From the NCBI GenBank assembly GCA_045597105.1, contig JAZODQ010000127.1, positions 19 to 64,018 of the forward strand: 64,000 nucleotides of DNA, in the 5' to 3' direction. The DNA comes from Acetatifactor sp. (GTDB lineage: Bacteria; Bacillota; Clostridia; Lachnospirales; Lachnospiraceae). The first letter of the stretch is position 1. Every line of letters begins with the position of its first letter. The notes below the pieces were generated by a model. That model had not been told where the DNA came from and did not search any database. It worked only from the letters and a program-made list of their open reading frames with translations. Below are positions 20,883 through 30,615 of the stretch, in pieces. Position numbers and translations under genes: made by a program.

Positions 20883-21821
20883 CTAGTCCCCCAGACATTC
20901 TCCTGCCGCAATCTTTACTCCCAATAAAAAGTCATGGGCAGACATTCTCTTTTTACCTTCCAACTGAAGCTCCAATATACGAAGTGCTCCATCACCGGTG
21001 CATACGTCAAAGCCTTCCTTATCCACGGAAAGCACCGTGCCGGGTGCATCCGCTGCGTTCTCTGCCTTAACTGTAGGTACCGCCTTCCAGACTTTCATCT
21101 GCTTGCCTTTGTAAGAGGTAAATGCACTGGGCCAGGGATTCATGCCCCGAATCAGCCTGTCTATCTCTCCGGTTGTCTTACTAAAATCTATTTTACCCAT
21201 TTCTTTGCGAATTAAGGATGCGTAGCAGCTTTTTTCATCCTCCTGCTTCTCAGGAGTAAGTTTCCCCTGCTCTAACAGTACAAGTGCTTCGGTAATGGCC
21301 TGGCCACCCAGCACCATCAACTTATCATGCAAGGTTTCAAAAGTATCTGTACTGTCAATATCCAGTTCCTTTTTATACAACATATCGCCGGTATCCAGTC
21401 CTGCATCCATTTGCATGATGGTTACACCTGTTTTGTTCTCACCATCAATGATAACATGCTGAATAGGAGATGCACCTCTGTACTTAGGCAGCAGGGATGC
21501 GTGAATATTCACACAACCATACTTAGGCATATCCAGAATTTCCTGTGACAATATCTGTCCAAATGCGGCTACTACATAAATGTCTGCAGGATATTCTTTC
21601 AACTGCGCAATTGCCTCCTCTGTCTTGATGCGAACCGGCTGAAATACAGGTATATTATGACGAAGTGCACATTCCTTTACCGGTGGAAACTGCAACTGTC
21701 CGCTACGTCCCTTCGCCTTGTCCGGCTGTGTCACTACTGCAGTAATCTCATGTCCTGCCTCTATTAATGCTTCCAATGCACCCACGGCGAAATCCGGGGT
21801 ACCCATAAATACGATTTTCAT
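20883..21821 (-). CDS. fmt: Methionyl-tRNA formyltransferase
   Basis: FMGTPDFA, NIHASLLPKYRGASPI, MDAGLDTGD. Confidence 0.98.
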   Translation of the reverse strand: MKIVFMGTPDFAVGALEALIEAGHEITAVVTQPDKAKGRSGQLQFPPVKECALRHNIPVFQPVRIKTEEAIAQLKEYPADIYVVAAFGQILSQEILDMPKYGCVNIHASLLPKYRGASPIQHVIIDGENKTGVTIMQMDAGLDTGDMLYKKELDIDSTDTFETLHDKLMVLGGQAITEALVLLEQGKLTPEKQEDEKSCYASLIRKEMGKIDFSKTTGEIDRLIRGMNPWPSAFTSYKGKQMKVWKAVPTVKAENAADAPGTVLSVDKEGFDVCTGDGALRILELQLEGKKRMSAHDFLLGVKIAAGECLGD

Positions 21822-21844
21822 GCTACTGCCATGCTCCCTTCGTA

Positions 21845-22333
21845 CTAGTCTTCGATTTCTTCCATCTCGCCCATAACTACATCCTGCAGTTCACCCTCTA
21901 CCTTTTCCACATAAAGGTGACCGTCCAGATGATCCAGTTCATGGCAGATGGCACGTGCCAACAGCTCCGTACCTTCCAGTTCAAAGGGCTTCATATCTGC
22001 ATCCAGAGCCACACATTTCACATAGGCAGGTCTGGTCACGGTACCGGACTTACCGGGCACACTTAAACATCCCTCACCACCGGTCTGCTCGCCGCTGGTC
22101 TCCACAATGCGGGGATTAATCAGTACATAGGGTTCCTCCCCGGTACAGTCAATTACCACAATACGCTTGAGTATACCCACCTGGGGTGCTGCCAGACCTA
22201 CACCGTTTGCCTCATACATGGTTTCCAGCATATCACCGATCAAGTCCCTGATACGGGGAGTCATCTCTGTAACTTCCTTACAGGTTTTATTTAAAACTTC
22301 ATCTCCGATTTCACGAATATTACGAATTGCCAT
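21845..22333 (-). CDS. def: Peptide deformylase
   Basis: GVGLAAPQVG, EGCLSVPG, HELDHLDG. Confidence 0.98.
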   Translation of the reverse strand: MAIRNIREIGDEVLNKTCKEVTEMTPRIRDLIGDMLETMYEANGVGLAAPQVGILKRIVVIDCTGEEPYVLINPRIVETSGEQTGGEGCLSVPGKSGTVTRPAYVKCVALDADMKPFELEGTELLARAICHELDHLDGHLYVEKVEGELQDVVMGEMEEIED

Positions 22334-22374
22334 GATTATCTTACGCCTCTCTTTTCTTATTATTTTATTGCCCT

Positions 22375-24624
22375 TTACATGATATTCATCGGATCAAAAT
22401 CAAACTGTACCGACTCATATCTTGGCTGTAATTTTTGTATTTCACTTTCCAGTAAATCCTTTACCTGTACAAGTTTATCATACTTTTCGTATTTCACATA
22501 GAAAACAAATCTAAAAACATCATTTATTTTTCCTATGGTGGCCGGTGCCGGACCGATTACACGAAGTCTTTTGGCAATAGGCTCTGTTTCATCCGCCTGC
22601 GTTTTCACCAGTGCAGCCAGATGCTCTGCAAGTCCCTGTACCCCCTCAGCAGTTCTGCCATAAAGCTGCACTGCCAGCATATGTGCTGCAGGAGGATATC
22701 CTGATAATTCCCTGTACAGAATTTCTTCCTCATAAAAACTTTCATAATCCTGTCCTGCCGCATGCACCACTGCATAGTGCTCCGGCTGATAAGTCTGTAA
22801 CACCACTTCGCCGGGCAGCTCTCCTCTGCCTGCTCTGCCTGCGGCCTGGGTCAGCAACTGGAAGGTACGCTCTCCGGAACGGAAATCATTTGCCCCCAGA
22901 GACAAATCTGCAGCCAACACTCCTACCAAAGTCACATTGGGAAAATCATGCCCTTTTACAATCATCTGGGTGCCGATAAGCACATCTGCCTCTCCATTGG
23001 CAAAGGCAGTGAGTATCTGCTCATAACTGTCCTTGGTTTTGGTGGTGTCACCATCCATACGTAGGGTACGTATCCCCGGATAAAGCTCCTGCAGCTTTTG
23101 CTCAATCTGCTCCGTACCCGCTTTAAAACCCATAATATATTTAGATCCGCACTTGGGACAGAGATTGGGTTTGGGTACTGTATAGCCGCAATAGTGACAC
23201 ACCAGTGTGCCGTTTTTATGTTCCGACAGGGACACATCACAGTGCACACATTTCATTACCTCACCGCAGGCCCTGCAGGATACAAACCCTGCATAGCCCC
23301 TTCTGTTCAAAAACAGCATACTCTGCTGTCCTTTTTCCAATCTGTCATTTAAAAGCTCCTGCAGCTTTCTGCTAAAAATGGAACGGTTCCCTTCCCGTAA
23401 TTCTTCCCGCAAATCTACAGTATAAACAGTGGGAAGATTCCCTCCGGTCAAACGTTCCGTCAGCTTAAATAGCGTGCACCCACCGTTCTGCGCCATATGA
23501 TATGCTTCCAGAGAAGGGGTAGCTGAACCCAGCACCACACTCGCCCCATGCATCCGGGCAATCTCCATCGCCACCTCTCTGGCATGATATTTGGGACTGC
23601 TTTCGCTCTTATAACTGCCCTCATGCTCCTCATCCATAATAATCAGACCAATATCCGGAAAAGGGGTAAAAAGGGCGGACCTGGGACCGATAATCACATC
23701 GATATCCCCGTTTTTTGCCCTTTGGCACTGATCATACTTTTCACCCGGTGATAAAGTAGAATTCATCACACTTACCCGGTCTCCAAAACGTCTGTAAAAC
23801 CGCAGCAGGGTCTGATAAGTTAACGCAATCTCCGGAATCAGTACAATGGCTTGCTTTCCTCTGCTCACCATTTCCTCCACAAGCTGGAGATACACTTCCG
23901 TCTTACCGCTTCCGGTGATACCGTGGACCAGATAAGTACCCATACGGCCTCCGTCATATTCCTCCATTACGCGGCTTACAATTTCCCGCTGTTTCACACT
24001 TAGGGCATTTCTATGAAACTGTGCATCCTGAAGTCTGACCGGATTACGAAAGCTCTTTTCACTGACAATCTGTATGGCTCCGGCATTTTCCAGACTACGT
24101 ACTGTTTGCGCAGATACGCCCAGCTTTTGAGTAATCCATTCATAAGGAATGGAATCCTGCTCCGAAAGCTCCCTCAAAAGCCTTTCCTTTGCCTTCTGTC
24201 CCTTACGATTGCTTTCTCCCAGCAGAGATATGATTTCCTCTCGGCTCATCTTGCGCACCACTGTACGATGCTCCAGCATTTTTACACTCTTTTTGGCCGG
24301 CAATACAGTCTTTAGTGCCTGTATCATGGTGCCACCATAATTTTTACGCAAGAATGCTGCCAGTTCTATCATACGTTCCTCAGCAGATACGCCCTTGGCG
24401 GTGATACCGCTGATTTCCTTTATGCGGGCAGGGTCAAATTTACACTCCCGGGTAACATCCAACACATAGCCCTTAATTTGCTTATTTCCTTTTCCGAAGG
24501 GCACCACTACGCACATACCGGTTTCGATACGCCCCTGCAAATGTGCAGGAATTTTGTACTGAAATGCCTTATCTACTTTTTCATGGGATATGTCCACTAT
24601 AATGTCTGCGTAAATATCCGGCAC
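22375..24624 (-). CDS. priA: Primosomal protein N'
   Basis: GITGSGKTEVY, DEEH, four CxxC pairs, GTQMIVKGHDF, QAAGRAGR; GTG start after AGGAGG. Confidence 0.96.
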   Translation of the reverse strand: MPDIYADIIVDISHEKVDKAFQYKIPAHLQGRIETGMCVVVPFGKGNKQIKGYVLDVTRECKFDPARIKEISGITAKGVSAEERMIELAAFLRKNYGGTMIQALKTVLPAKKSVKMLEHRTVVRKMSREEIISLLGESNRKGQKAKERLLRELSEQDSIPYEWITQKLGVSAQTVRSLENAGAIQIVSEKSFRNPVRLQDAQFHRNALSVKQREIVSRVMEEYDGGRMGTYLVHGITGSGKTEVYLQLVEEMVSRGKQAIVLIPEIALTYQTLLRFYRRFGDRVSVMNSTLSPGEKYDQCQRAKNGDIDVIIGPRSALFTPFPDIGLIIMDEEHEGSYKSESSPKYHAREVAMEIARMHGASVVLGSATPSLEAYHMAQNGGCTLFKLTERLTGGNLPTVYTVDLREELREGNRSIFSRKLQELLNDRLEKGQQSMLFLNRRGYAGFVSCRACGEVMKCVHCDVSLSEHKNGTLVCHYCGYTVPKPNLCPKCGSKYIMGFKAGTEQIEQKLQELYPGIRTLRMDGDTTKTKDSYEQILTAFANGEADVLIGTQMIVKGHDFPNVTLVGVLAADLSLGANDFRSGERTFQLLTQAAGRAGRGELPGEVVLQTYQPEHYAVVHAAGQDYESFYEEEILYRELSGYPPAAHMLAVQLYGRTAEGVQGLAEHLAALVKTQADETEPIAKRLRVIGPAPATIGKINDVFRFVFYVKYEKYDKLVQVKDLLESEIQKLQPRYESVQFDFDPMNIM

Positions 24625-24691
24625 GTGTTGCCCTCCTTTCTGATTTCTTGGACCAGGCCTTCTCTTGCAGGCCTGAACTCCTCTTTCTATT

Positions 24692-26197
24692 TTACAGTCC
24701 CTCTTCCAGAATCTCCTGTATGAGTACCCTTTCATCCATGGGGTATTTCACACCTTTTATTTCCTGATAATCCTCATGGCCCTTGCCTGCAAGTACAATG
24801 ATATCCCCCGGTCTGCCATTTGCCATGGCATAGCGGATAGCCTCCTTGCGGTCCGGAATCTCCACGTAAGCACCTGCAGTTCTGCTGATACCGGTTTTAA
24901 TATCTGCAATAATATCCATCGGTTCCTCATAGCGAGGATTATCCGAAGTAATAATGGTCAGATCTGCCAGCTTACCACTAATCTCACCCATCTCGAAGCG
25001 ACGGTCCTTTGACCGGTTGCCACCACAGCCAAAGAGACATACCAGTCTGCCCGGTTCATATTCTTTTAAGGTAGTGAGCAGACTCTCCAGTGACATGGCA
25101 TTATGGGCATAATCAATCAGCAGGGTATACGCATCCGAAACAGGCACCATCTCGATTCGGCCTTTTACCTTTGCCGCCATAAGCGCCTTATTAATATCCT
25201 GTTCTTTTATATTAAAATGTCTGCAAATGGCAATGGCTGTCAATGCGTTGTACACACTAAAACGTCCCGGTGTACGGATTTGGGCCTGAAATTCCATCAA
25301 GCCGCTAACCTTAAATGCCACGCCAAGCTGTCCCGGCTGATGTACCAGCTGCAGTTCCTCTGCCCGCAAATCGTTTCCTTCCAGCAAACCGTAAGTCTCC
25401 ACTTCACAGGTATGTCCTGCCAGTATCTGTTCCAAATGACTGTCATCACCGTTTACGATCCCCACCTTGCACTGCTTGAAAAGCAGACCCTTGCAAGCCA
25501 TATATTCTTCCATACTCTCATGTTCACCCGGTGCAATATGGTCCTTTTCCAGATTGGTAAAAATACCGTAATCAAAGAAAAAGCCCTGGGTTCTGTGCAT
25601 TTTCAGTGCCTGGGAGGATACCTCCATCACCACGCAGTCCATACCCTTTTCCACCATTTGTGCAAAATATTGCTGCAGCAGGTAAGACTCCGGTGTGGTA
25701 TTGGATGCAGGAATATGGGTATCTCCGATGATGGTTTCTATAGTTCCGATGAGTCCTACCTTGTAACCTGCATTTTCCAGAATGGACTTCACCAGATACG
25801 TAGTGGTAGTCTTACCCTTGGTACCGGTGATACCGATAATCTTCATCTTGGAGGCCGGATTTCCGAACCATGCCGCAGACATATATGCCAGCGCATACCT
25901 GGTATCCTCCACTTTGACAATGACCACATCGAGTTCTGACGGCACTTCCACATTCTTAGAAACAATCAGTGCTTTTGCCCCCTTTGCCGCCACATCTGCA
26001 GCAAAGGTATGACCGTCGAACACGGCTCCTACCATGCAGACAAATGCCTGCCCCGTCGCATCTTTTCTGGAATCATATGTAATTCCCTCTATCTGTACCT
26101 CTACATCTCCACGGATGCATTCATATTGTAAACCAACCAGTAAATCTCTTAATTTCATGATCTTTCCCACACGGACTACATCAAATAGACCATGCAT
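24692..26197 (-). CDS. murE: UDP-MurNAc-tripeptide synthetase MurE (mDAP type)
   Basis: GITGTKGKTTT, MEVSS, DYAHN, SDNPR, AGKGHEDYQ. Confidence 0.95.
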   Translation of the reverse strand: MHGLFDVVRVGKIMKLRDLLVGLQYECIRGDVEVQIEGITYDSRKDATGQAFVCMVGAVFDGHTFAADVAAKGAKALIVSKNVEVPSELDVVIVKVEDTRYALAYMSAAWFGNPASKMKIIGITGTKGKTTTTYLVKSILENAGYKVGLIGTIETIIGDTHIPASNTTPESYLLQQYFAQMVEKGMDCVVMEVSSQALKMHRTQGFFFDYGIFTNLEKDHIAPGEHESMEEYMACKGLLFKQCKVGIVNGDDSHLEQILAGHTCEVETYGLLEGNDLRAEELQLVHQPGQLGVAFKVSGLMEFQAQIRTPGRFSVYNALTAIAICRHFNIKEQDINKALMAAKVKGRIEMVPVSDAYTLLIDYAHNAMSLESLLTTLKEYEPGRLVCLFGCGGNRSKDRRFEMGEISGKLADLTIITSDNPRYEEPMDIIADIKTGISRTAGAYVEIPDRKEAIRYAMANGRPGDIIVLAGKGHEDYQEIKGVKYPMDERVLIQEILEEGL

Positions 26198-26314
26198 TTC
26201 CTTTCCTCCCTGAAACAGGTCGATTTTAAAACATACTCTTTTTATTTTACTCTATTTTTCACTTTTCTACTACCCCGAATCCGAAGGAATATAAAAACGA
26301 ATCCTCTTCTATCA

Positions 26315-26419
26315 TTACATACATCTTTGCATTTGCCCTATACGTCTGATTTCATCACGCACTTCCATCAAAGCAATCCATGGCGGCAGTAATATTTTTA
26401 TATTTTTAACATTTTACAT
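26315..26419 (-). pseudogene. Internally deleted remnant of a NADAR (YbiA-like) family gene
   Basis: After SD AAAGGA the frame reads M*NVKNIKILLPPWIALMEVRDEIRRIGQMQRCM*; ALMEVRDE resembles the NADAR C-terminal motif. Confidence 0.5.
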
Positions 26420-26429
26420 TTCTTCCTTT

Positions 26430-26990
26430 TTACTCACTACTTCCGGTCAATACTAAAAAAGCATATTTCCCACATTGAATAATATATCCCTCTATCAAAA
26501 TCCCCAAATAAACGGTAGCCAGACACTCTAAATCCTTTTTGGTAAGTTTATATTTTACCCCACAATTCAGTCCGATTTTTTCCTGAAGCTTCGTTGCAAC
26601 AATCCTTATATTTTCTTGATGTTGTTTTAGAGTACCTGTCCATCTTTCTGATATATGTACCATATGAAAGGCATCCCGTAAAACATCCTCTATCTTACCT
26701 GCACCCCCATCTTCCAAATCAAAAGGAGGGTCATACATCTCCTGCACCTTCTTCTTTTCATCTTCTTTCAAATATGCACAGTAGTACTGTTGAATAAACT
26801 TTGGAATTGTACTTTCTGGCTTTTGATTGTCACAAAAAAACACATCCACACACATAGTCCATGGATATAATCCATTGCCCTCATGCATATAATCAAGTAT
26901 AATATCAAACAAATTCGTCAAATCATCGATTTCCGCACACTCATTTTCATCATATGCAGCTTTGTGTTCTTCTTCCAAATCCCAGTACAT
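26430..26990 (-). CDS. Hypothetical acidic protein (AT-rich islet)
   Basis: Long ORF; ATG MYWDLEE preceded by AAGGGGAAGG SD; no recognised motif. Confidence 0.7.
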   Translation of the reverse strand: MYWDLEEEHKAAYDENECAEIDDLTNLFDIILDYMHEGNGLYPWTMCVDVFFCDNQKPESTIPKFIQQYYCAYLKEDEKKKVQEMYDPPFDLEDGGAGKIEDVLRDAFHMVHISERWTGTLKQHQENIRIVATKLQEKIGLNCGVKYKLTKKDLECLATVYLGILIEGYIIQCGKYAFLVLTGSSE

Positions 26991-27010
26991 ACTAGCCTTT
27001 CCCTTTTCTT

Positions 27011-27586
27011 CTAATCGAAATTCCAACGTTTCTCAATATTGGAGGTCTCCCAGTAATGAAGTATCTGCTTATTTCGCTTTAACCTGGCATATCTTATTAC
27101 ACCCCTATTCTTTAATTCCTCAAAGATTTCATAGTATTTTTCTACAAACGAATTGTAGTCATCAAATCCCGGAATATCAAAATCCAAATTAACATCAGGC
27201 CATATATATCCATGATGCTTACTCCACTGCGGCTTATCGTCCTCCCATTCCGCATATAATGTGCCTTGCCATTTCTCACCTTTTGCCGAACGCAGTAATT
27301 TTACAGGAACTTCTCTTACGGGTTTGAATGCATGTAAAATTGTTCTTTCTCCGCTAATAAAAATACATCCGCATTTCGGACACTGATACATTGCATTACT
27401 GATATCCAATGTATCTCTCCAAAATTCGTTTATTATTTTTTCCTTATCCGTCTCGTCTGATTTGATTGCTGCTTCTATTCTGTCATAAAAATCAAACCAA
27501 TCCTGATCCGCTATGATACGCGCTTTGTATGAAATATAATCCGTTATATCAGTAACTCTATAACCGCACTCACAAAAAAAATGCAT
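27011..27586 (-). CDS. Hypothetical protein with CxC...CxxC zinc-ribbon motifs
   Basis: MHFFCECG...YQCPKCG; AAGGA SD. Confidence 0.75.
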   Translation of the reverse strand: MHFFCECGYRVTDITDYISYKARIIADQDWFDFYDRIEAAIKSDETDKEKIINEFWRDTLDISNAMYQCPKCGCIFISGERTILHAFKPVREVPVKLLRSAKGEKWQGTLYAEWEDDKPQWSKHHGYIWPDVNLDFDIPGFDDYNSFVEKYYEIFEELKNRGVIRYARLKRNKQILHYWETSNIEKRWNFD

Positions 27587-27729
27587 TTTCCTTCTCTTTC
27601 CTCTCTGACACCGTTTTCACCATTAGCCATGTATGACTTTTCATACCACAAAATCGTCCACATTCCTGCTAATATAATACCACCAAATGCGGTGCATGTA
27701 TATTTATTTCATGCCCTCCCCCCCAACGT

Positions 27730-27801
27730 AAAAAAGCTCCGGCAATGCCGAAGCTTTTTCACTTTCTTATGAGGGGGGGAAATGGTGTTTTCACACCATC
27801 T
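27730..27801 (-). ncRNA. Candidate small regulatory RNA (C-rich, csRNA/RsaE-like architecture)
   Basis: AGAUGGUGU-GAAA-ACACCAUUU hairpin, unpaired CCCCCCCUCAUAAG, terminator GCUUCGGC-AUU-GCCGGAGC-U6; own promoter. Confidence 0.65.
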
Positions 27802-27807
27802 GAATAT

Positions 27808-27881
27808 ATCATAATACTAAAATGTGTCTAAAGTGTGTTTAAATGATAAGGAAAATATAAACTCTCTTAAAACTCCTTAAA
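27808..27881 (-). promoter_or_regulatory. Response-regulator direct-repeat promoter for the candidate sRNA
   Basis: TTTAAG/TTTAAG/TTTATA at 10-bp period, then TTTAAACACA/TTTAGACACA at 11-bp period; 10 nt from the TTTAGA hexamer to TATTAT (overlapping TATGAT). Confidence 0.6.
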
Positions 27882-28784
27882 TTAAAGTAGGTCCAGGTAA
27901 ATGTCCATGGATATTTCACCGCTTCCTGCACCGGCCGCATTGGCTGCCGCAAGTGCTACCGCTTTTTTCAGCGCCACGTCGGAAGTATCTCCTGCCATCT
28001 CACTCATACAAAAGGATGCCACAGCCGTATCCCCGCAGCCCACGGTATTCATCACCTGTACAGACTTAGCCGGTGCAAAGAGACTCTGTTCTCCATCCAC
28101 ATACAGCATCCCCTCACTACCCAAGGACACCACTACTTTGCTGATACCGCCCGCTATTATTCTCCGGGCTTCTGTTATCATCTCATCACGTGTTAATACC
28201 TGTTTGCCTGCCAGATATGCCAATTCATGATGATTGGGTTTGATCATATAGGGTTTGGCCTTTATACCTATGCGCAGCGCTTCCCCGGAAGTATCCAACA
28301 GGGTCTTTACACCATAAAGCCGGGCACGTTCTATCAGCACTGCATAGATATCCATTGGAATCCCTTGGGGCAGGCTGCCGGACAATACCACCATCCCGCA
28401 CTGCTCCAATGCCCCTTCGTAGCACCGCAGAAAATGCTGTAACTCTTTCTCTGTAATAATAGGACCAGGCTCCAATATCTCCGTCACCATACCGTCACGG
28501 CTGAGAATATTGGTATTTACACGTGTCTCTCCCGAAACATTTGTGAAAAAGCATTCTGCTCCCAGCTTTTCCACCGCTTCTTCGATGAACCTGCCGTTAT
28601 TGCCACCCAGAAAACCAAGAGCCATTACCGGCATATGAAACTGTCTGAGCACCCTTGTCACATTGATTCCTTTGCCTCCGGCCTGGCTTATGCTGCTTTC
28701 CAGGCGGTTCACTTCACCCATTCGCAAACTCTTTATTTTGCAGGTTTTATCCACTGCCGGATTTAATGTTACTGTTGCTATCAT
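27882..28784 (-). CDS. pfkB: 1-phosphofructokinase/LacC family hexose kinase
   Basis: TVTLNPAVD, GGKGINV, KPNHHEL, NTVGCGDT. Confidence 0.9.
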   Translation of the reverse strand: MIATVTLNPAVDKTCKIKSLRMGEVNRLESSISQAGGKGINVTRVLRQFHMPVMALGFLGGNNGRFIEEAVEKLGAECFFTNVSGETRVNTNILSRDGMVTEILEPGPIITEKELQHFLRCYEGALEQCGMVVLSGSLPQGIPMDIYAVLIERARLYGVKTLLDTSGEALRIGIKAKPYMIKPNHHELAYLAGKQVLTRDEMITEARRIIAGGISKVVVSLGSEGMLYVDGEQSLFAPAKSVQVMNTVGCGDTAVASFCMSEMAGDTSDVALKKAVALAAANAAGAGSGEISMDIYLDLL

Positions 28785-28794
28785 ATCATTTCTC

Positions 28795-30615
28795 CTAGCA
28801 ATAATTCTGCATAATCAGCTGCAATTCCTTGCGTCCGTTATAGCTGTTTATTCCTATCTGATAAGCTACGGACAGCATCACATCTCCATTTCCGTCCCAC
28901 AATTGTTGCATTGCTTCCGCACCATATTTTTCTATTACATAATTTTCAAATTTAGCAATATCTCCAAAATATATAAGCTGATATTTCGTAACTGTCCTAT
29001 TGCCCTTCGGATAATTGGCACTTAAACCGCTGTTATCTCCTGCACTCACCGTACATCGCATCACATTCTTATTTTTACCGAATACCGCTACCCGGTGAAA
29101 ACGTACATTTTTCTCCGCAAAAAGAGGCTTAGGATTACCTACACCAAAGGGTTCCAAAAGCTCCTGCTGGTTCGCCAGCGCCTCACTCGCATAAGCAATG
29201 GGCATAGGCACATCGATGACCACTTTTGCGTAAAAATCCTCTTCACCCAGTCCGCACTCTGCATTCAATGCCTGCCTGAGGGGTTCTATCATTTCTTCTT
29301 CCATGGAAAGCCCTGCAGCCAATTTATGTCCGCCGAACTTGGTGAAATACTCTTTATTGCGCACCATAGCTTCATACATATGATAACTGTCTATGGAACG
29401 ACCGGATCCTTTTACCCCTTCCTCACCTTTCGTCAGTACAAATACAGGATGATTGTATTTCTCACGGACACGTCCCGCAATAATTCCTGCCAGACTCTCA
29501 TGGACATCCGGCAGATATATCAAATAGACACTATCTCCGATGATGCCCTGCTCCTCAATATATTTTTCTGCGTCTTCTACTCCCTGCAGGGTCAGATTCT
29601 TACGACTGTCATTTAACTCCTTCAGTTCCCTGGCTGCGGTCACTGCTTCCACCCGGCTCTTGCTTTGTAACAGCTCAAGTGCTCTTTTCGCCGTATCCAG
29701 GCGTCCCGTGGCATTCAGACAGGGACCGATGACAAAGCCCAGATGATACGCAGACAATTTGTCTGTGTCCAGCCGGTTGACCTCCATCAGCGCCTGTAAC
29801 CCCAGGTTCCTACTATGGCGCATTCTCTGCAAACCTTCCTTAACGATGATATGATTCTCATCCAATAGCTCCATCACATCGCATACCGTTGCCAGTGCGG
29901 CAAATTCCAGCAATGCATCCATTTCCCGCTGCAATGCTTCACTGCCGCTTCGCTCTGCAAGTGCCTGTATCAGCTTATAGGCTACCACCCCACCGCAAAT
30001 GTTTTTATAAGGATATGCACACTCCTGCCTCTTAGGATCCACTACTGCCAAGGCAGGAGGTAATATTTCTCTTCTAACCGGCGCACCATCTACCCCTATG
30101 CCTTCTTCAAAAGGCACCTCGTGGTGGTCTGTTACAATTACCTGCATCCCCAAATCAGCAGCCTGCTGAATCTGAGGAGCCGCCGCTATACCATTATCGC
30201 AGGTCACTATCAGGCCGATACCATCCTTATGCGCTTCCTCAATCAGATTTTCATTCAGACCATACCCGTCATGGATACGGTGTGGAATCATGGTATCCAC
30301 CTTTGCCCCCAACAATTCCAGCCCTTTGGTCAATATGTACGCAGAACAGATCCCGTCCACATCATAATCACCTATTACACGAATCGTCATCCCCTGCTCC
30401 AGTGCATCCAGAATCCCCTGTACCGCCTTATCCAAGTCCTTTAATAACCAGGGACTGTGACAATCCTCCAGTGTGCCAAAAAGGAACTTACGCATGGTAA
30501 GTTCCTCTTTTAACTCTCTGTTTCGCAAAATCCGTGCAAGTACGGGACTAATATGGAATTCTTCGGCCCATTTATCAAATTCGCCGCTTTTCGCAGTTAC
30601 AAACCACTTCTCCAT
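28795..30615 (-). CDS. recJ: ssDNA-specific exonuclease RecJ
   Basis: GDYDVDG, TCDNG, TDHH, GSGRS, FGGHKLAAG, LEPFGVGNPKP. Confidence 0.96.
   Translation of the reverse strand: MEKWFVTAKSGEFDKWAEEFHISPVLARILRNRELKEELTMRKFLFGTLEDCHSPWLLKDLDKAVQGILDALEQGMTIRVIGDYDVDGICSAYILTKGLELLGAKVDTMIPHRIHDGYGLNENLIEEAHKDGIGLIVTCDNGIAAAPQIQQAADLGMQVIVTDHHEVPFEEGIGVDGAPVRREILPPALAVVDPKRQECAYPYKNICGGVVAYKLIQALAERSGSEALQREMDALLEFAALATVCDVMELLDENHIIVKEGLQRMRHSRNLGLQALMEVNRLDTDKLSAYHLGFVIGPCLNATGRLDTAKRALELLQSKSRVEAVTAARELKELNDSRKNLTLQGVEDAEKYIEEQGIIGDSVYLIYLPDVHESLAGIIAGRVREKYNHPVFVLTKGEEGVKGSGRSIDSYHMYEAMVRNKEYFTKFGGHKLAAGLSMEEEMIEPLRQALNAECGLGEEDFYAKVVIDVPMPIAYASEALANQQELLEPFGVGNPKPLFAEKNVRFHRVAVFGKNKNVMRCTVSAGDNSGLSANYPKGNRTVTKYQLIYFGDIAKFENYVIEKYGAEAMQQLWDGNGDVMLSVAYQIGINSYNGRKELQLIMQNYC

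Noticed and set aside
27782-27814. Plus-strand mini-ORF MVFSHHLNIS behind GAGGGGGGG
   Set aside because: It is the reverse complement of the sRNA anti-SD tract; the promoter and GNRA loop point to the minus strand.
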